From IMG/VR virus record IMGVR_UViG_3300042401_002002: a stretch of DNA of 64,000 nucleotides; one strand, 5' to 3'. Source of the stretch: a virus. Lineage: Duplodnaviria > Heunggongvirae > Uroviricota > Caudoviricetes. Shown piece by piece: positions 9,319-20,705 of this stretch; position 1 is the first letter of the stretch, and every line of letters starts with the position of its first letter. The notes under the pieces are model-generated. The model was not told the origin of the DNA. It did no database searches and worked only from the letters and a program-made list of their open reading frames with translations. A program made the position numbers and the translations under genes.

Positions 9319-12300
9319 TTATTTAATTATTCTAATATAATACCTAGCACCAGCAGGTACGCTTATAAAACTAGTTACTCTACTCCAGACCCTAATGGTA
9401 TTTGCTGCTGAAACCCAAGCTAATAATTGATAACCAGAACCAGCTGTCAACAAAGCACCATAAACTGAATCATCAACAACAACTTGAACATTATCACCCA
9501 AAGCGGCACCTGTTAATGTTATGGTTTGTGTATAATTTTGATTACCATTCCAAGACGCACCAGCTTCTGTAATTACAGCATTTGTAGATAAATTTGTTAT
9601 AGAAGAAGGAGTTGACCAAACAGGAACACCACCACTTACAGTTAATACTTGACCAGTTGTACCTATTGCTCTTTTAGATAAAGTATTCCCGGTAGAAGCG
9701 AATAAAATATCACCTGTTGAATAACTTGTTTGATTAGTACCACCATTTATTTCACTTAATTGTGTACCCAAATTTAAAGCACCAGCAACACCCAAACCAC
9801 CACTAACCACTAAAGCACCTGTTGTTGAATTAGTAGAAGATGTTGTTAATGGTATTCTAACACTACTATTACTAACAGTTGTTCCTGTTGTGTTTAAGAA
9901 TTCAAACGTATCATAATATGTTAATGCAAATCGTCTTGCTGAAATACCACCAATTCTTAGTTGCCACGTATTTGCTACTATATTAGAAATAGTATCATTA
10001 ACATACCTAAAAGATAATGAATCTAAATTATTATTAGATAACGACAAATAAGATGTTTGACCTGTAGTTACAGATGTAGTTAAAGAAATATTTGAAGTTG
10101 AATTTAAAGTACCTGATAAAGTACCACCTGTTAAATTAAGATAATTATTTAAATCATTTGATGTTAAATATGTATTTGTATCAATAAAAACTGTACCAGT
10201 ACCTCCTGAAACTCTAACAAAACCATTACTTGTAAATCTTGATAAGTTAATTGTACTTGAATTCAAACTTAAATTTCCAATTGAACCAGCAATAGCAGAA
10301 CCTAAGTTAATATTTGTTACACTTCCACTAACACCTGCTGTACCTATATTTATTGCCTTAACTGCTGCATTTGCAGTAGGTACAGCACCAAAGGAATAAA
10401 TAACACTTCCTGTATTAGTACCACCTATAGATAAAGTTGAAGCACCACCAAAAGCATTTATTACCGCTGAACCTGTATTAAATACTGCCATAGTAGCTGA
10501 CCCTATAACAGATGTTGCAAAAGTTGGTGATGTATTAAAGACAACAGTACCTGTACCTGTTTCATTTGTTAATGATGAGGCTAATTGTGCTGATGTTATA
10601 CTATTAGCTAATGTACTATATAAAGTACCTGAAGTAGGTAATGTTACATTCGTATTAGCTGTAACAGTTAAAGTTGTAGTAAACGCTCCTGAAGTAGTAA
10701 AGGCACCACCTAATGTAAAATCCTTATCATTAAAAGACCATTGACCAGTTGAAGATAATTGACCATACGTATTACCTGTTAATGAACCACCTGCTACAAA
10801 TTTTATACCTCTATTTGCTGTTATCGAACCTAAAACTAAGTTACCACCATTAACAAATAAATAACCGTCATTAGCTAAAGTTGAATTAAACGATGCTTCG
10901 TTGTAGCCACTATTATTGATACCTAAATTAATATAATTACTAGTATCATTACCGTTATTAGCTGTTGCAACAAAATCAGAAGATGCCGTAGAACCAGTAC
11001 TAAGATTTTGTATACTTGATTGTACATAACCATTACTATTACCACCTATACTTAAATAATTCAAAGAATTTAAAAAGGTACCACCATTTAAAGATAAAGT
11101 TGTTCCAGTAATATTATTAAACAACCCATCACCTTGACCTGTAATATAACTTACAGTACCACCTGTAGTATTCAATAATTCTAAAACTCTATCACTATCT
11201 AAACCTGAACCAACCTGCAAAGTAAAAGCACCTCTAGTTGAATCGGTAATGATTTCAGGTGACACACTGTTATTATAAGCACCTTGAAGTGTCGTTGTTG
11301 AAATTGAACCGCCATCAGTTCCGCTATCAAATCTAGCCGCTTTTATAATTCTTGCACGATTTGATGTTAAATCAGTACAATTTTTTTGAACAACAATATA
11401 ACCTATTAAAATTGATAACCCCTGCAAAGATGGTGACAAGACAAACTCATCAGTTGATAAATTATCAATAGCGTTAGCTAAAGATGGATAATGTTGTTGT
11501 CCATACTGTATTCTAATATTCCCACTAGGGAATAAAAATACTCTTTGAATAGTCGTTGTACCACCAGCACCAGGTACAGTTGTTACAACACCGTTTACAT
11601 CATAAGATGTTGGGTCAACCAACGTTACATTAGATGCTGTACCACCCGTTTGTGTTCTATACGCAAAAGATGCAGGTGTTGATGATGCAGGTATTGATAC
11701 AACATTAGGTGCAACAGGTATTGTTGAATAATTATATGCTCTAGTAAACATAGTACCAGCACTTTTAATGAATGTTAAATTCGCACCATTAGTACTAATA
11801 ACATTACCTGTTATGTTAAACTGCCCTAAAGCATCATAAAAATCATATAGATTATTCCCTAAATCTCCAACAATATCAGGTATTGTATTTGCAAAACTTA
11901 TTGACGTTCTATTTGCATGATTTAATCTACCTAAAAATATATTTTGTCTTCTTTGTAGTTGTGTTGGAAATGTTGATGATTGTAATACTGTACCACCACT
12001 AGTAATTAAAATATAACTAACATCAGATGATGAGATATAAGTAGGTGTAACACCAACAAAATCATTCCAAGATACATTTATTATTGCAGGCATAGCCATA
12101 TTAGTATAATCCACTATATGTCCAGTTCCACCTGAAATGTTAAACAAACTTGAATTACCATTATTAATAGTCAAATAACCACCGCTAATTAACCCTGTAA
12201 AACTATTCAAAGCCATTTTATTACCCAAATAACTATTATTAAATGTTGGGTTAGTTAATAAAATATCTGTACTAACAGTTAAACCACTAACAGTTAAATT

Positions 12301-12804
12301 TTTTGTTGAATTATTAAAATAAAAAGAATTATCAGAAGTTAAACCAGATATTGAATTAAAAAACGGTACATTATTAATACCACCTGTTCCAAATATAGGA
12401 TTATCAGTGTATTTAACATATTTAGTAAAACCACTATAATTAGATAGTTTTAAAGGTGTAACAAAAACATTATCTACTGTACCAGCATCAGTTTCTGGTT
12501 GTGTAGCTTGATATGGAACTGATGACATTAAGGTCCAAACTGAACCATTACTATAATAAACACCTTTTGCATAAAATGTACCACCTAAAGAACCTGGCAA
12601 CCAAGATGTACCTTGGTCATTTAAAACCAAATAACAATTTCCTGTATTACCACTAGCTGCTGGTAACAAAGAATATGTATCGACTTTATCTACAATAATA
12701 ATCCCTGTAGTAGAACCTGTGCCAGAACCACCACCTGAATTATCGTTGTTAACTAAATCTAATTGTTTTGTTATTGGATTATATATAAATTTGTATTTAG
12801 CCAC
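9319..12804 (-). CDS. long tail fibre / receptor-binding protein 1
   Basis: 1161 aa, G/S/T/N-rich; fibre motifs GALVVSGGLGVAG, GGTNQTSYSTGDILFAS, GTTGQVLTVSGGVPVW. Confidence 0.8.
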   Translation of the reverse strand: MAKYKFIYNPITKQLDLVNNDNSGGGSGTGSTTGIIIVDKVDTYSLLPAASGNTGNCYLVLNDQGTSWLPGSLGGTFYAKGVYYSNGSVWTLMSSVPYQATQPETDAGTVDNVFVTPLKLSNYSGFTKYVKYTDNPIFGTGGINNVPFFNSISGLTSDNSFYFNNSTKNLTVSGLTVSTDILLTNPTFNNSYLGNKMALNSFTGLISGGYLTINNGNSSLFNISGGTGHIVDYTNMAMPAIINVSWNDFVGVTPTYISSSDVSYILITSGGTVLQSSTFPTQLQRRQNIFLGRLNHANRTSISFANTIPDIVGDLGNNLYDFYDALGQFNITGNVISTNGANLTFIKSAGTMFTRAYNYSTIPVAPNVVSIPASSTPASFAYRTQTGGTASNVTLVDPTSYDVNGVVTTVPGAGGTTTIQRVFLFPSGNIRIQYGQQHYPSLANAIDNLSTDEFVLSPSLQGLSILIGYIVVQKNCTDLTSNRARIIKAARFDSGTDGGSISTTTLQGAYNNSVSPEIITDSTRGAFTLQVGSGLDSDRVLELLNTTGGTVSYITGQGDGLFNNITGTTLSLNGGTFLNSLNYLSIGGNSNGYVQSSIQNLSTGSTASSDFVATANNGNDTSNYINLGINNSGYNEASFNSTLANDGYLFVNGGNLVLGSITANRGIKFVAGGSLTGNTYGQLSSTGQWSFNDKDFTLGGAFTTSGAFTTTLTVTANTNVTLPTSGTLYSTLANSITSAQLASSLTNETGTGTVVFNTSPTFATSVIGSATMAVFNTGSAVINAFGGASTLSIGGTNTGSVIYSFGAVPTANAAVKAINIGTAGVSGSVTNINLGSAIAGSIGNLSLNSSTINLSRFTSNGFVRVSGGTGTVFIDTNTYLTSNDLNNYLNLTGGTLSGTLNSTSNISLTTSVTTGQTSYLSLSNNNLDSLSFRYVNDTISNIVANTWQLRIGGISARRFALTYYDTFEFLNTTGTTVSNSSVRIPLTTSSTNSTTGALVVSGGLGVAGALNLGTQLSEINGGTNQTSYSTGDILFASTGNTLSKRAIGTTGQVLTVSGGVPVWSTPSSITNLSTNAVITEAGASWNGNQNYTQTITLTGAALGDNVQVVVDDSVYGALLTAGSGYQLLAWVSAANTIRVWSRVTSFISVPAGARYYIRIIK

Positions 12805-12904
12805 TGTTTGTTTTGTTTTTAATAAATAGTTTATATATAAAACAAAAAAGTTCTGTACTAAATTAATAGAACAGAACTTTTTAATTTATAAGAAAATATT
12901 TTAA

Positions 12905-13171
12905 TTATCTACCATATTGATAACTTAATCTATCATCCCAAACATATTCTTCTTTATAACTTGGTACACCCTTATTATCAACTACAGAACCTATTGTTGT
13001 TATTGTACCACCATTCCCATCTGAACTATCAACCTGTCTTAAAATTTTCCAAAATGGTTGATTAGTGGGTGTACCTAATGGTGCATAACCATAATATGTT
13101 ACAGTACCACCACTTAAAGCATGTATTAATGGTGCTGGATTATTTTCCGCAACTATCGGATATTGTGTCAT
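12905..13171 (-). CDS. small virion protein in the tail-fibre cluster
   Basis: YYGYAPLG...WKILR...WDDR pattern; between two fibre genes. Confidence 0.55.
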   Translation of the reverse strand: MTQYPIVAENNPAPLIHALSGGTVTYYGYAPLGTPTNQPFWKILRQVDSSDGNGGTITTIGSVVDNKGVPSYKEEYVWDDRLSYQYGR

Positions 13172-13205
13172 TTATTATTAATTAATGTTTTAATTAGTTT
13201 TTTAA

Positions 13206-13712
13206 TTATCTAGTAGTCATATCTGCAAACATAGAATCTTTAAATTTTACTGATTGTTGAAAGAATGAAAACGCAGGTACTAAATTAGCTTTAACTTTTT
13301 TCTCATACTTTTTTGGTTCAAAAGAAACAGGTAATTCTGAATTAGTTGTATCAAGTATTTCTTTAGTTAAATCATCTTCATAAATATCTGATTCATTTTT
13401 AGCTAAAAGACCGTTTGTTGTGTTTAAATAAACTGAATCAGAAAGCACCATCTCTAGTCCATTATAACGATTTGAAACTTGATTACCTGTAACTCTAGTC
13501 CAACCACCTCTAGGTGTTTTAATAAACTCAACAACCTTAGATTTCATCCTATTTTCAAACACTTCAGACATTACCCAAACATCCAACTCTTCTGTACCAT
13601 CATCATTAATTCTATGACAACCAACTGATTTAAGAGGGTCATAAGTTACAATATTTGCTGTATTATTAGTCCAATCTATTTCAACTGAAACTTTATTTTT
13701 TACTGTTGCCAT
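13206..13712 (-). CDS. tail-fibre accessory protein (putative)
   Basis: Likely start MATVKNK at 13712 after late motif; track start 13772 overlaps the fibre gene. Confidence 0.5.
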   Translation of the reverse strand: MATVKNKVSVEIDWTNNTANIVTYDPLKSVGCHRINDDGTEELDVWVMSEVFENRMKSKVVEFIKTPRGGWTRVTGNQVSNRYNGLEMVLSDSVYLNTTNGLLAKNESDIYEDDLTKEILDTTNSELPVSFEPKKYEKKVKANLVPAFSFFQQSVKFKDSMFADMTTR

Positions 13713-13743
13713 TTTTTTGTTATTATTTTTAATTAAATAGTTT

Positions 13744-16700
13744 TTAATATAAATCATTCCAAGTTGAACCATTCCAACCTTGATGTTTATTAGTTGTAGT
13801 GTTATATATAATCATACCTGCATCACCTGACACCCAAGAAATAGCATCCCTTTCAGTAGTTGTCAATCTGTTAGGTAAAAAACCTTTACTAGTTGATTGT
13901 AATTCTAACTGTGCTCTTGCGTTAATTGTCGCAGTACCTAAAGCAAAACCTCCACTCCCAGCCCAATATTTTACTGTTGCATCTGCGGAATATCTTTCGT
14001 TTTCAATACCTAAATTTCTTACTCTACCCCAAGAATCAAAAGTTAATCTCTGATATGTAGCTGTAAATAAAAGACTTTGAGCAGTACCAGTTATTTGCGC
14101 TCTTCCAGAATTTAAAACTAAATCAAAAGCTGCTGTATCTATAGATGGTTGTAGTATATTAATATTACTTACACTCCCATCAGTAGTTACTGTTATTATT
14201 GCTGAGATATGATAATAAGGTGAATTTACTACATTATATATATCAACTTTTATTTTTTGGTCTGCATTAGATGTGGCATACTTAGCTATACTTGTTGATA
14301 TACTAGAGTTACCTCCGTTTGCAGGTGACGCTATTCTTCTACCATCCCACAACGCTAAAAACCCACCATCACCTCTATTGACCCAAAACTGTCCATCGTA
14401 TGGTCTAAGTAATTGATTACCATCACCGTTTGCAAACATTAAGAAACCTCTATTGGTATCCGCTGTTACAAATCTACCTATCTGAACAGGTTGAACAGGA
14501 TTGGTATTGCTAACTGTTACTGATGAACTAGCTAAATCTAAATAACTACCTAACGTCAACGGTGAACCATTTGAACGTTTATAACTTTGTAATACCCAAT
14601 CAGCTCCTTCTTTTCTATACACAGCTGTATCTCCTGCTTGTGTCACTATTGACCCAAATGAACCGTTATCAATTCTGTTTGGTGCAACACCTCCGCCAGA
14701 AGTAATAGTCAATGAACCTGAAAATCTTAACACCCTTACCGCACCATTTTGTACAGTAATACCTCCTGCGCCTCTTAATTCTGTTATGGTTGTTGTACCG
14801 TTAACTATGTTGTAAACTTGAGGTAAATTAAGAACACTAGTGCTACTAACTGTTGCTAAAGAATCATTTACAGGTAAGCTTGTATTTATATCTGTAGTAT
14901 TTTCTTCAATGTTAGTATTTACCAAACCACTTCCACTCCACTTAGTTAAACGGTTAGTACTCAATCCACTACCTGTTAACAAATTAACAACACCACCATT
15001 TTGAACACCTTTGAAACTATTAGCTATAGTATCATACCAAACAAGACCATTTCTTGTTGTACCTAAATCACCTGCAATTAAGTTTAATCCCAGACCTTTA
15101 GATGTTGATTGAAGGTCTAGTTGGGTTAACGCATTAATTGTATTAGTTCCCAATGCTAACCCACCAGCACCTGCCCAATATTTTACTGTACCATCGGGAG
15201 AATATCTTTCGTTTTTTTGAGGTATTATATAACTTGCACCAAAACCACCTGTTGTTTCTTTTACACAAATAAACTCAACCGTACCTCCTCCACTTCCACC
15301 AAATGCAAGTCTAGTATCTGTTATACTAACATTAAATATACTTGTATTTTGTGAATCTTTAGTAATATCCAAAGCAACAACAGCACCACTACTATTTACA
15401 GTAAAATAACCTTCAACTACAAAAAACTGAGAAGAAGCAGCGGTCATTGCCTTGAACCTAACTTGACAAGAATGTATATTAGTATTATATCTTAGTGTTG
15501 TATTACCTCCACCTTTACCACCATTTGCAGTCGCTCCAATTACAGCACCATCCCAATCTCTCATGAAAAAATTAGATGTTATTGATTGTTGCCACATCAT
15601 ACCATCCTCAAATTTCAAAAAACCAGCACCACCCCCTGCTTGAAAAACGCTTAAACCAAAACGATACCCGTTTATACTTAAATTTCTAATCTCCCCTGTG
15701 TATAAGTTAGTCGGTAGTGTTGAAGTAGAGTTTGAAATACTACTTAGTCCCATACCAATAGCAGGTGACGAAGTAGCTAAAACAGAGAATAAAGTATTTT
15801 GGTTTGTCAATATTTCATACCAACCTGGACCTTGACCATTTGTATAATGACTATAAATATATAACCTACCAAAATTTACCCCATTGTCTATATATTTCAA
15901 ATACCCAGACCATGCCGAGTTAGTTCCTGATGGCGCTCCAGATTGATTAAATGTAGGATAAGGTCTAGTAGCACCAACACCAGATGTATCACCTACCGTT
16001 CCTGTAAGCTCAGTTATATAAGAGTTTTCGTAACTTGTGCCGTTCCATCTTGAAACAGTATTAGTTGTCAACCCTGTAGGTGTGTTAAACTTACCATTCC
16101 ATGTGCTAGCACTTGCAATGTAAGCATCCATAATAGGTGTTCCTGACCAAGAACCTGTTATTATAGAACCTACAGTATTAATTGTTGTTTGACCACTATA
16201 ATTCGATGCTATATCAATAGTATAACCTGTTGTTATAGTTATTCTATTTGTGGTACCCGAATAAGCGATTAAATCACCTTCCATAAGGAAATTTTTCCAA
16301 GAACCACCTCTATACCCCTCAAATTGTGTATTTAAGGTGTTATATGCAATAGAACCATTACTTGAAACTCTATCAGCGGTTGAAATATTAGGTATTAATA
16401 ACCCTTTAGTTGAAATATTAGTATAACTACCTGAATTTGCATTCGTTAATGTAATAACAGGAGCATCCAAAACAAACGACCCAGCTGTATTTAACGTAGA
16501 AGTACCTGTTGATTGTTGCAAATGAAAATAATTATTACCAGCATACATTTCAACCCTAGTTTGACCCGAAATATTAACTTGTGTATTGCTTAACTCAACC
16601 TTACTTCTAATAGCACCGGATATTCCATAATACAAACCGATACCTGTAGTACTGCTAACATTAAGATATAACTGAGGTACTGATTCAAAAATACCAAATT

Positions 16701-17874
16701 TTACATCATTAGCTGTATTAGTTAACAAATCACCAGTTATTTTTCCTGAAGGTGTAGTACCTGTAATAGGGATATAACCATTTAAAGCGTTCCAAACACC
16801 ATAACTAGTAATACCGTGTTCATAGTTACCATTACTAGGAGTGTCTGTCAATGAACTAGATACTATTTCCCATGCATCAAACTTACCTTTTCTCAAAAGT
16901 AACCATTCACCGTTTTGTAATATAAAAGAATTAACACTTACACTATAAGTTGAAGGATTAGCTAAATTTTTAATATAAACTAGTCCACCATAAATATTAC
17001 TTGATGGCAATGTTACAAAACAATTATCAGCAACTAAATCGGTGTCAACATAAACTGAATCACCATAACTAGCTGTATAATATGGTGTCCCTGACAATGT
17101 AACTATATTAGGACAAATTTTTGTCATCGTATCAACGGTCCATGACCTATCAGCAGTTAAATCATAAGATTCACCGTTTATTGTTAAAGTTCTAGCTTCA
17201 GTAACAGGAGTATAACCTAAAGACTGGGCAACAGAACCATTAAACCATAAATCAACATTATTATCATACATTAATATTGAATTATTTGGTATTGGCTGAA
17301 ACATATATACATCAGTCAAACCTGACAAATAAGTTACAACATTAATACTATTACCACTAATACCTAAAACTCTACCTTTATTATCAACTGTGATACTTGG
17401 AATAATGGTACTAGACCCATACGTTCCACCACTTACACCTGTATTAGATAAAGATAATTCTATATTAGCACCTAAAATACCACTAGGATTAAACAGAGTA
17501 AAATCAGATGAACCACTTAAACTAACAGTTGTTACATCAGTACCGTAATTAACCATAATACCATCAGTGGTAAGATTATTTATTGATTGCAAACGTGGAC
17601 CAACTGTTGTACTACTACCTGTAAAAGATATAATTAAATTTTCACCATCATAACCAGTAGCTATACCTGTATTACCTATAACCTTACCAGATTTATAACT
17701 TTGTGTAAAACCATCAAATAATAAAGTTGAACCTAAAAATGGACTCCTAGGGTCAATCTCAAAACCACCTATTCTTAAAGTTTCACCTATATTTACAGAA
17801 CCTTGCCAATCAGCTGTCTGACCAGTAGGTATTCGTGATTGTTGTGATAAATCTAATTTAGTTTGAAAACTCAT
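13744..17874 (-). CDS. long tail fibre / receptor-binding protein 2
   Basis: 1376 aa; YGSSTIIPSITVDNKGRV fibre motif; C-terminal STSKGFLPNRLTTTERDAI...GMIIYNTTT...WNGSTW. Confidence 0.82.
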   Translation of the reverse strand: MSFQTKLDLSQQSRIPTGQTADWQGSVNIGETLRIGGFEIDPRSPFLGSTLLFDGFTQSYKSGKVIGNTGIATGYDGENLIISFTGSSTTVGPRLQSINNLTTDGIMVNYGTDVTTVSLSGSSDFTLFNPSGILGANIELSLSNTGVSGGTYGSSTIIPSITVDNKGRVLGISGNSINVVTYLSGLTDVYMFQPIPNNSILMYDNNVDLWFNGSVAQSLGYTPVTEARTLTINGESYDLTADRSWTVDTMTKICPNIVTLSGTPYYTASYGDSVYVDTDLVADNCFVTLPSSNIYGGLVYIKNLANPSTYSVSVNSFILQNGEWLLLRKGKFDAWEIVSSSLTDTPSNGNYEHGITSYGVWNALNGYIPITGTTPSGKITGDLLTNTANDVKFGIFESVPQLYLNVSSTTGIGLYYGISGAIRSKVELSNTQVNISGQTRVEMYAGNNYFHLQQSTGTSTLNTAGSFVLDAPVITLTNANSGSYTNISTKGLLIPNISTADRVSSNGSIAYNTLNTQFEGYRGGSWKNFLMEGDLIAYSGTTNRITITTGYTIDIASNYSGQTTINTVGSIITGSWSGTPIMDAYIASASTWNGKFNTPTGLTTNTVSRWNGTSYENSYITELTGTVGDTSGVGATRPYPTFNQSGAPSGTNSAWSGYLKYIDNGVNFGRLYIYSHYTNGQGPGWYEILTNQNTLFSVLATSSPAIGMGLSSISNSTSTLPTNLYTGEIRNLSINGYRFGLSVFQAGGGAGFLKFEDGMMWQQSITSNFFMRDWDGAVIGATANGGKGGGNTTLRYNTNIHSCQVRFKAMTAASSQFFVVEGYFTVNSSGAVVALDITKDSQNTSIFNVSITDTRLAFGGSGGGTVEFICVKETTGGFGASYIIPQKNERYSPDGTVKYWAGAGGLALGTNTINALTQLDLQSTSKGLGLNLIAGDLGTTRNGLVWYDTIANSFKGVQNGGVVNLLTGSGLSTNRLTKWSGSGLVNTNIEENTTDINTSLPVNDSLATVSSTSVLNLPQVYNIVNGTTTITELRGAGGITVQNGAVRVLRFSGSLTITSGGGVAPNRIDNGSFGSIVTQAGDTAVYRKEGADWVLQSYKRSNGSPLTLGSYLDLASSSVTVSNTNPVQPVQIGRFVTADTNRGFLMFANGDGNQLLRPYDGQFWVNRGDGGFLALWDGRRIASPANGGNSSISTSIAKYATSNADQKIKVDIYNVVNSPYYHISAIITVTTDGSVSNINILQPSIDTAAFDLVLNSGRAQITGTAQSLLFTATYQRLTFDSWGRVRNLGIENERYSADATVKYWAGSGGFALGTATINARAQLELQSTSKGFLPNRLTTTERDAISWVSGDAGMIIYNTTTNKHQGWNGSTWNDLY

Positions 17875-17894
17875 TATATAAAATTTATTTTTTA

Positions 17895-17937
17895 TAAATA
17901 GTTTCAGATAAAAACTAATATTTATTAAAACTATTTA
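17895..17937. promoter_or_regulatory. back-to-back late promoter motifs (ACTATTTA on each strand)
   Basis: TAAATAGT 17895-17902 (minus) and ACTATTTA 17930-17937 (plus) between divergent structural genes. Confidence 0.7.
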
Positions 17938-17951
17938 TATATAAAAATATT

Positions 17952-19340
17952 ATGGATTTAATAAGAACCTACCTAGATAAAGAATCAACTTTAATATACA
18001 ACAACAAAACAAACAACTCAAAAAATACTGTTTGGGAATTGGTACGTGGTTACAATCAAACAACTGGACAACCGTTTTATTCAAGACATATCTTCTCAAT
18101 TGATTTATCTGATTTAAGAACTAAGGTTAATACTTATGGTTTTAATTCAACACAACTAAATAAACATATTGTTAATTTTATTTCTACTATTAGATACAGA
18201 GAAGACCTAATTGGTGGTACAAATTTTGATGGTTTCGTAAGAGATTCTAATTATGAATTATCTATATATCCTATAACTGAAAACTTTACAGATGGTGTTG
18301 GTTTTGACTACAATTATGTTGATAGTGGCTCAGAAGCTCAAAATATTAATGTACCTAACTGGTTTTATAAAGATAAAGTTAATACTTGGAATGAAAATGG
18401 TACATTTACAGGAACAACAATACCTACCGGTTTAACAAACAACACACAATTATTTGAACAAGGTAACGAAAATATAAAATTTGATATTACAAGTTATATT
18501 AATAATATATTATTTACAACAACAGGTAATACAGCAAGTTTTGGTATATGTTATTCACCAGCTTACGAACAAATATTAACAGGTGATACTAATTATATTA
18601 CTAGTTTCTTTAGCCAACATTGTCAATCATTCTTTGAACCTTATTTAGAAACTAATATTAATTCTTATTTTGAAGATAATAGAAATTTATTTTACTTAGA
18701 TAAAAATAACACATTATGTTTATATACTAAACAACCAATAACTTCTGTTAATAGTGTTGAAATTTATGATAATAACGATGTGTTAATAAATACATTGACT
18801 GGTAATAGTATTACACAAGTTAACCCTACAACTTATTCAATTAATTTAAATATACCTTCATCAGGTTATACAGATTTAATTATGTTTACTGATGTTTGGA
18901 ACATTACATATAACGGCACCATTAAAGATATTACTAATCAATTTACTTTAGAAAGCGAAGACATCACTTTAGCAAACGATGATTATGATAATAGTAGATT
19001 TAACTTTAATTTTATTGGTATTAAACAAGAGGAAATAATAAAACAAAATTCCGGTGTTAGAAAAATACAGGTACAAACAAAAAGGTTATATGGTAATGAA
19101 GTTGTTAGTGAATATAATATCAGTAATTTAAAATATCGTTTATACACCATTCAAGGTGTAAATGAAATTGAGATAATTCCCTATACTTTAATTTCAAAAT
19201 CGATTAATGGTTTATTCTTTGAAATAGACATTGATTCATTGATACCACAGGTTTATTTTATTGATGTAATTGTTGAACGAAATGGATTAACTTACGGAAA
19301 CAACAAACACCTTAAGTTTTATGTAAAAAATATGTTATAA
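17952..19340 (+). CDS. putative virion structural protein
   Basis: 462 aa, N/T-rich, late motif upstream. Confidence 0.55.
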   Translation: MDLIRTYLDKESTLIYNNKTNNSKNTVWELVRGYNQTTGQPFYSRHIFSIDLSDLRTKVNTYGFNSTQLNKHIVNFISTIRYREDLIGGTNFDGFVRDSNYELSIYPITENFTDGVGFDYNYVDSGSEAQNINVPNWFYKDKVNTWNENGTFTGTTIPTGLTNNTQLFEQGNENIKFDITSYINNILFTTTGNTASFGICYSPAYEQILTGDTNYITSFFSQHCQSFFEPYLETNINSYFEDNRNLFYLDKNNTLCLYTKQPITSVNSVEIYDNNDVLINTLTGNSITQVNPTTYSINLNIPSSGYTDLIMFTDVWNITYNGTIKDITNQFTLESEDITLANDDYDNSRFNFNFIGIKQEEIIKQNSGVRKIQVQTKRLYGNEVVSEYNISNLKYRLYTIQGVNEIEIIPYTLISKSINGLFFEIDIDSLIPQVYFIDVIVERNGLTYGNNKHLKFYVKNML

Positions 19341-19368
19341 ATAAATATTTCATATCGGAATTTGGAAT

Positions 19369-19402
19369 AAAACCTCTACTTATTTGATTAGGTAGAGGTT
19401 TT
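19369..19402. terminator. bidirectional terminator, AAACCTC-family hairpin
   Basis: AAAACCTCTAC...GTAGAGGTTTT between convergent genes. Confidence 0.8.
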
Positions 19403-19409
19403 CGTTTTG

Positions 19410-20040
19410 TTATCTAACACTTTTCTTATATATACTCTTAACTATTTCACCTGTATCTTCATCCTGATAATCTTCAATTTCATAACCAGGTTGAACCTCA
19501 CCCATTGGTGATAACTTCTGTTTCATTTCACTGATTTGTTTTTGTAATTTTTGTAATTCTGTATTTTCACTATGCATAATATCCAAAGTCTTACCAGCAC
19601 TATTAACAATGTCTTCAAATAAATTATAAGGTGTATTTAATTTTATTATTTTAACTGGTGTATTACCTTCACCTTCTGAACTTACTTCTACAATATTAGC
19701 ATTATTATCTAATATTAAATAAAAATATCTAGCATCCCAACCCCTTAAATCCTCTTTAGGTATATTTAAGTTTAATGTTTTAACTAAAAATTCAGGTACA
19801 CCTAACATTAACCAATCTTTTGATGCCTCAACAAGAGTTTCTTTAATATAACTTTCATTTTTACGTAAAAAATTTTTAATGTAATTGTTACTTGATTCTT
19901 TTATTAACTTATTATTCGGATTTAACCTTTGTGAACCCATCTCTTCCTTAATAATTTTTTTAATAACACTTCTAAGTGATTCTACTAGGTGTTTATTTAC
20001 ACCCCCCCCCATTATTTGAGGTATTTTTTGAATTTGTCAT
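19410..20040 (-). CDS. putative internal head protein with a G9 tract near its start
   Basis: ATG at 20040 follows the late motif; the G9 run puts it out of frame while G8 would be in frame; alternative ATG at 20012. Confidence 0.6.
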
Positions 20041-20143
20041 AATTTAATTAAGTTTTATTTTAAATAGTTATAAATTAATTATGTAATTATAAGTAATTAA
20101 AGTAATTTTTTTTGTTTTTAACAAAATATTTTTTACATAATTA

Positions 20144-20174
20144 TTTGGTAATTAATTTTTTATTATTACATTTG
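20144..20174 (+). promoter_or_regulatory. Bacteroidota-type promoter
   Basis: TTTG-N19-TACATTTG. Confidence 0.75.
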
Positions 20175-20196
20175 TGTAGGTTTTAAATTTAAACGC

Positions 20197-20673
20197 ATGA
20201 TAAATACAAATGTTTTAAATAATGTATTAGAAATTATACAAAATGCTGTGTATTTTCAAGTTCAAAGAGTAGATTTACCTGAAGTTTTCGACTTATTTCT
20301 TGAAGAGAACTTTGAATACATTGGTAATGATAATATTGACTTGTTTATGCAAGCTAAAGAAGTTTACTGGTTATATGCTTCTTTTAAGAAAGAAGATTTT
20401 CACAAACAAGTAAGTGAAAGTTTTGGTAACAAGTTCATTAAAAAGAATAATGTTATTCTAATAAAAGTTTTAGATGACAAAAACTCAAAAATTCTTTTTT
20501 TACAATATGAAATTGATAGTGTTAGTAACACAAAACATAAACGTAAAACTCTTCAAGAATTAAATCTTGATTTAGAAGAGGCAGTTAAAAAAGAAAACTT
20601 TGAATTAGCTCAAAAAATTAAAAATAAAATTGAGTTAAAGGAAAAAGTAACCCAAACTAGATTCGACCAATAG
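20197..20673 (+). CDS. protein with C-terminal UVR (UvrB/UvrC) coiled-coil motif
   Basis: LEEAVKKENFELAQKIKNKI. Confidence 0.7.
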   Translation: MINTNVLNNVLEIIQNAVYFQVQRVDLPEVFDLFLEENFEYIGNDNIDLFMQAKEVYWLYASFKKEDFHKQVSESFGNKFIKKNNVILIKVLDDKNSKILFLQYEIDSVSNTKHKRKTLQELNLDLEEAVKKENFELAQKIKNKIELKEKVTQTRFDQ

Positions 20674-20705
20674 AATCAACCCAGATTTAATTAACTTAAT
20701 AATAA

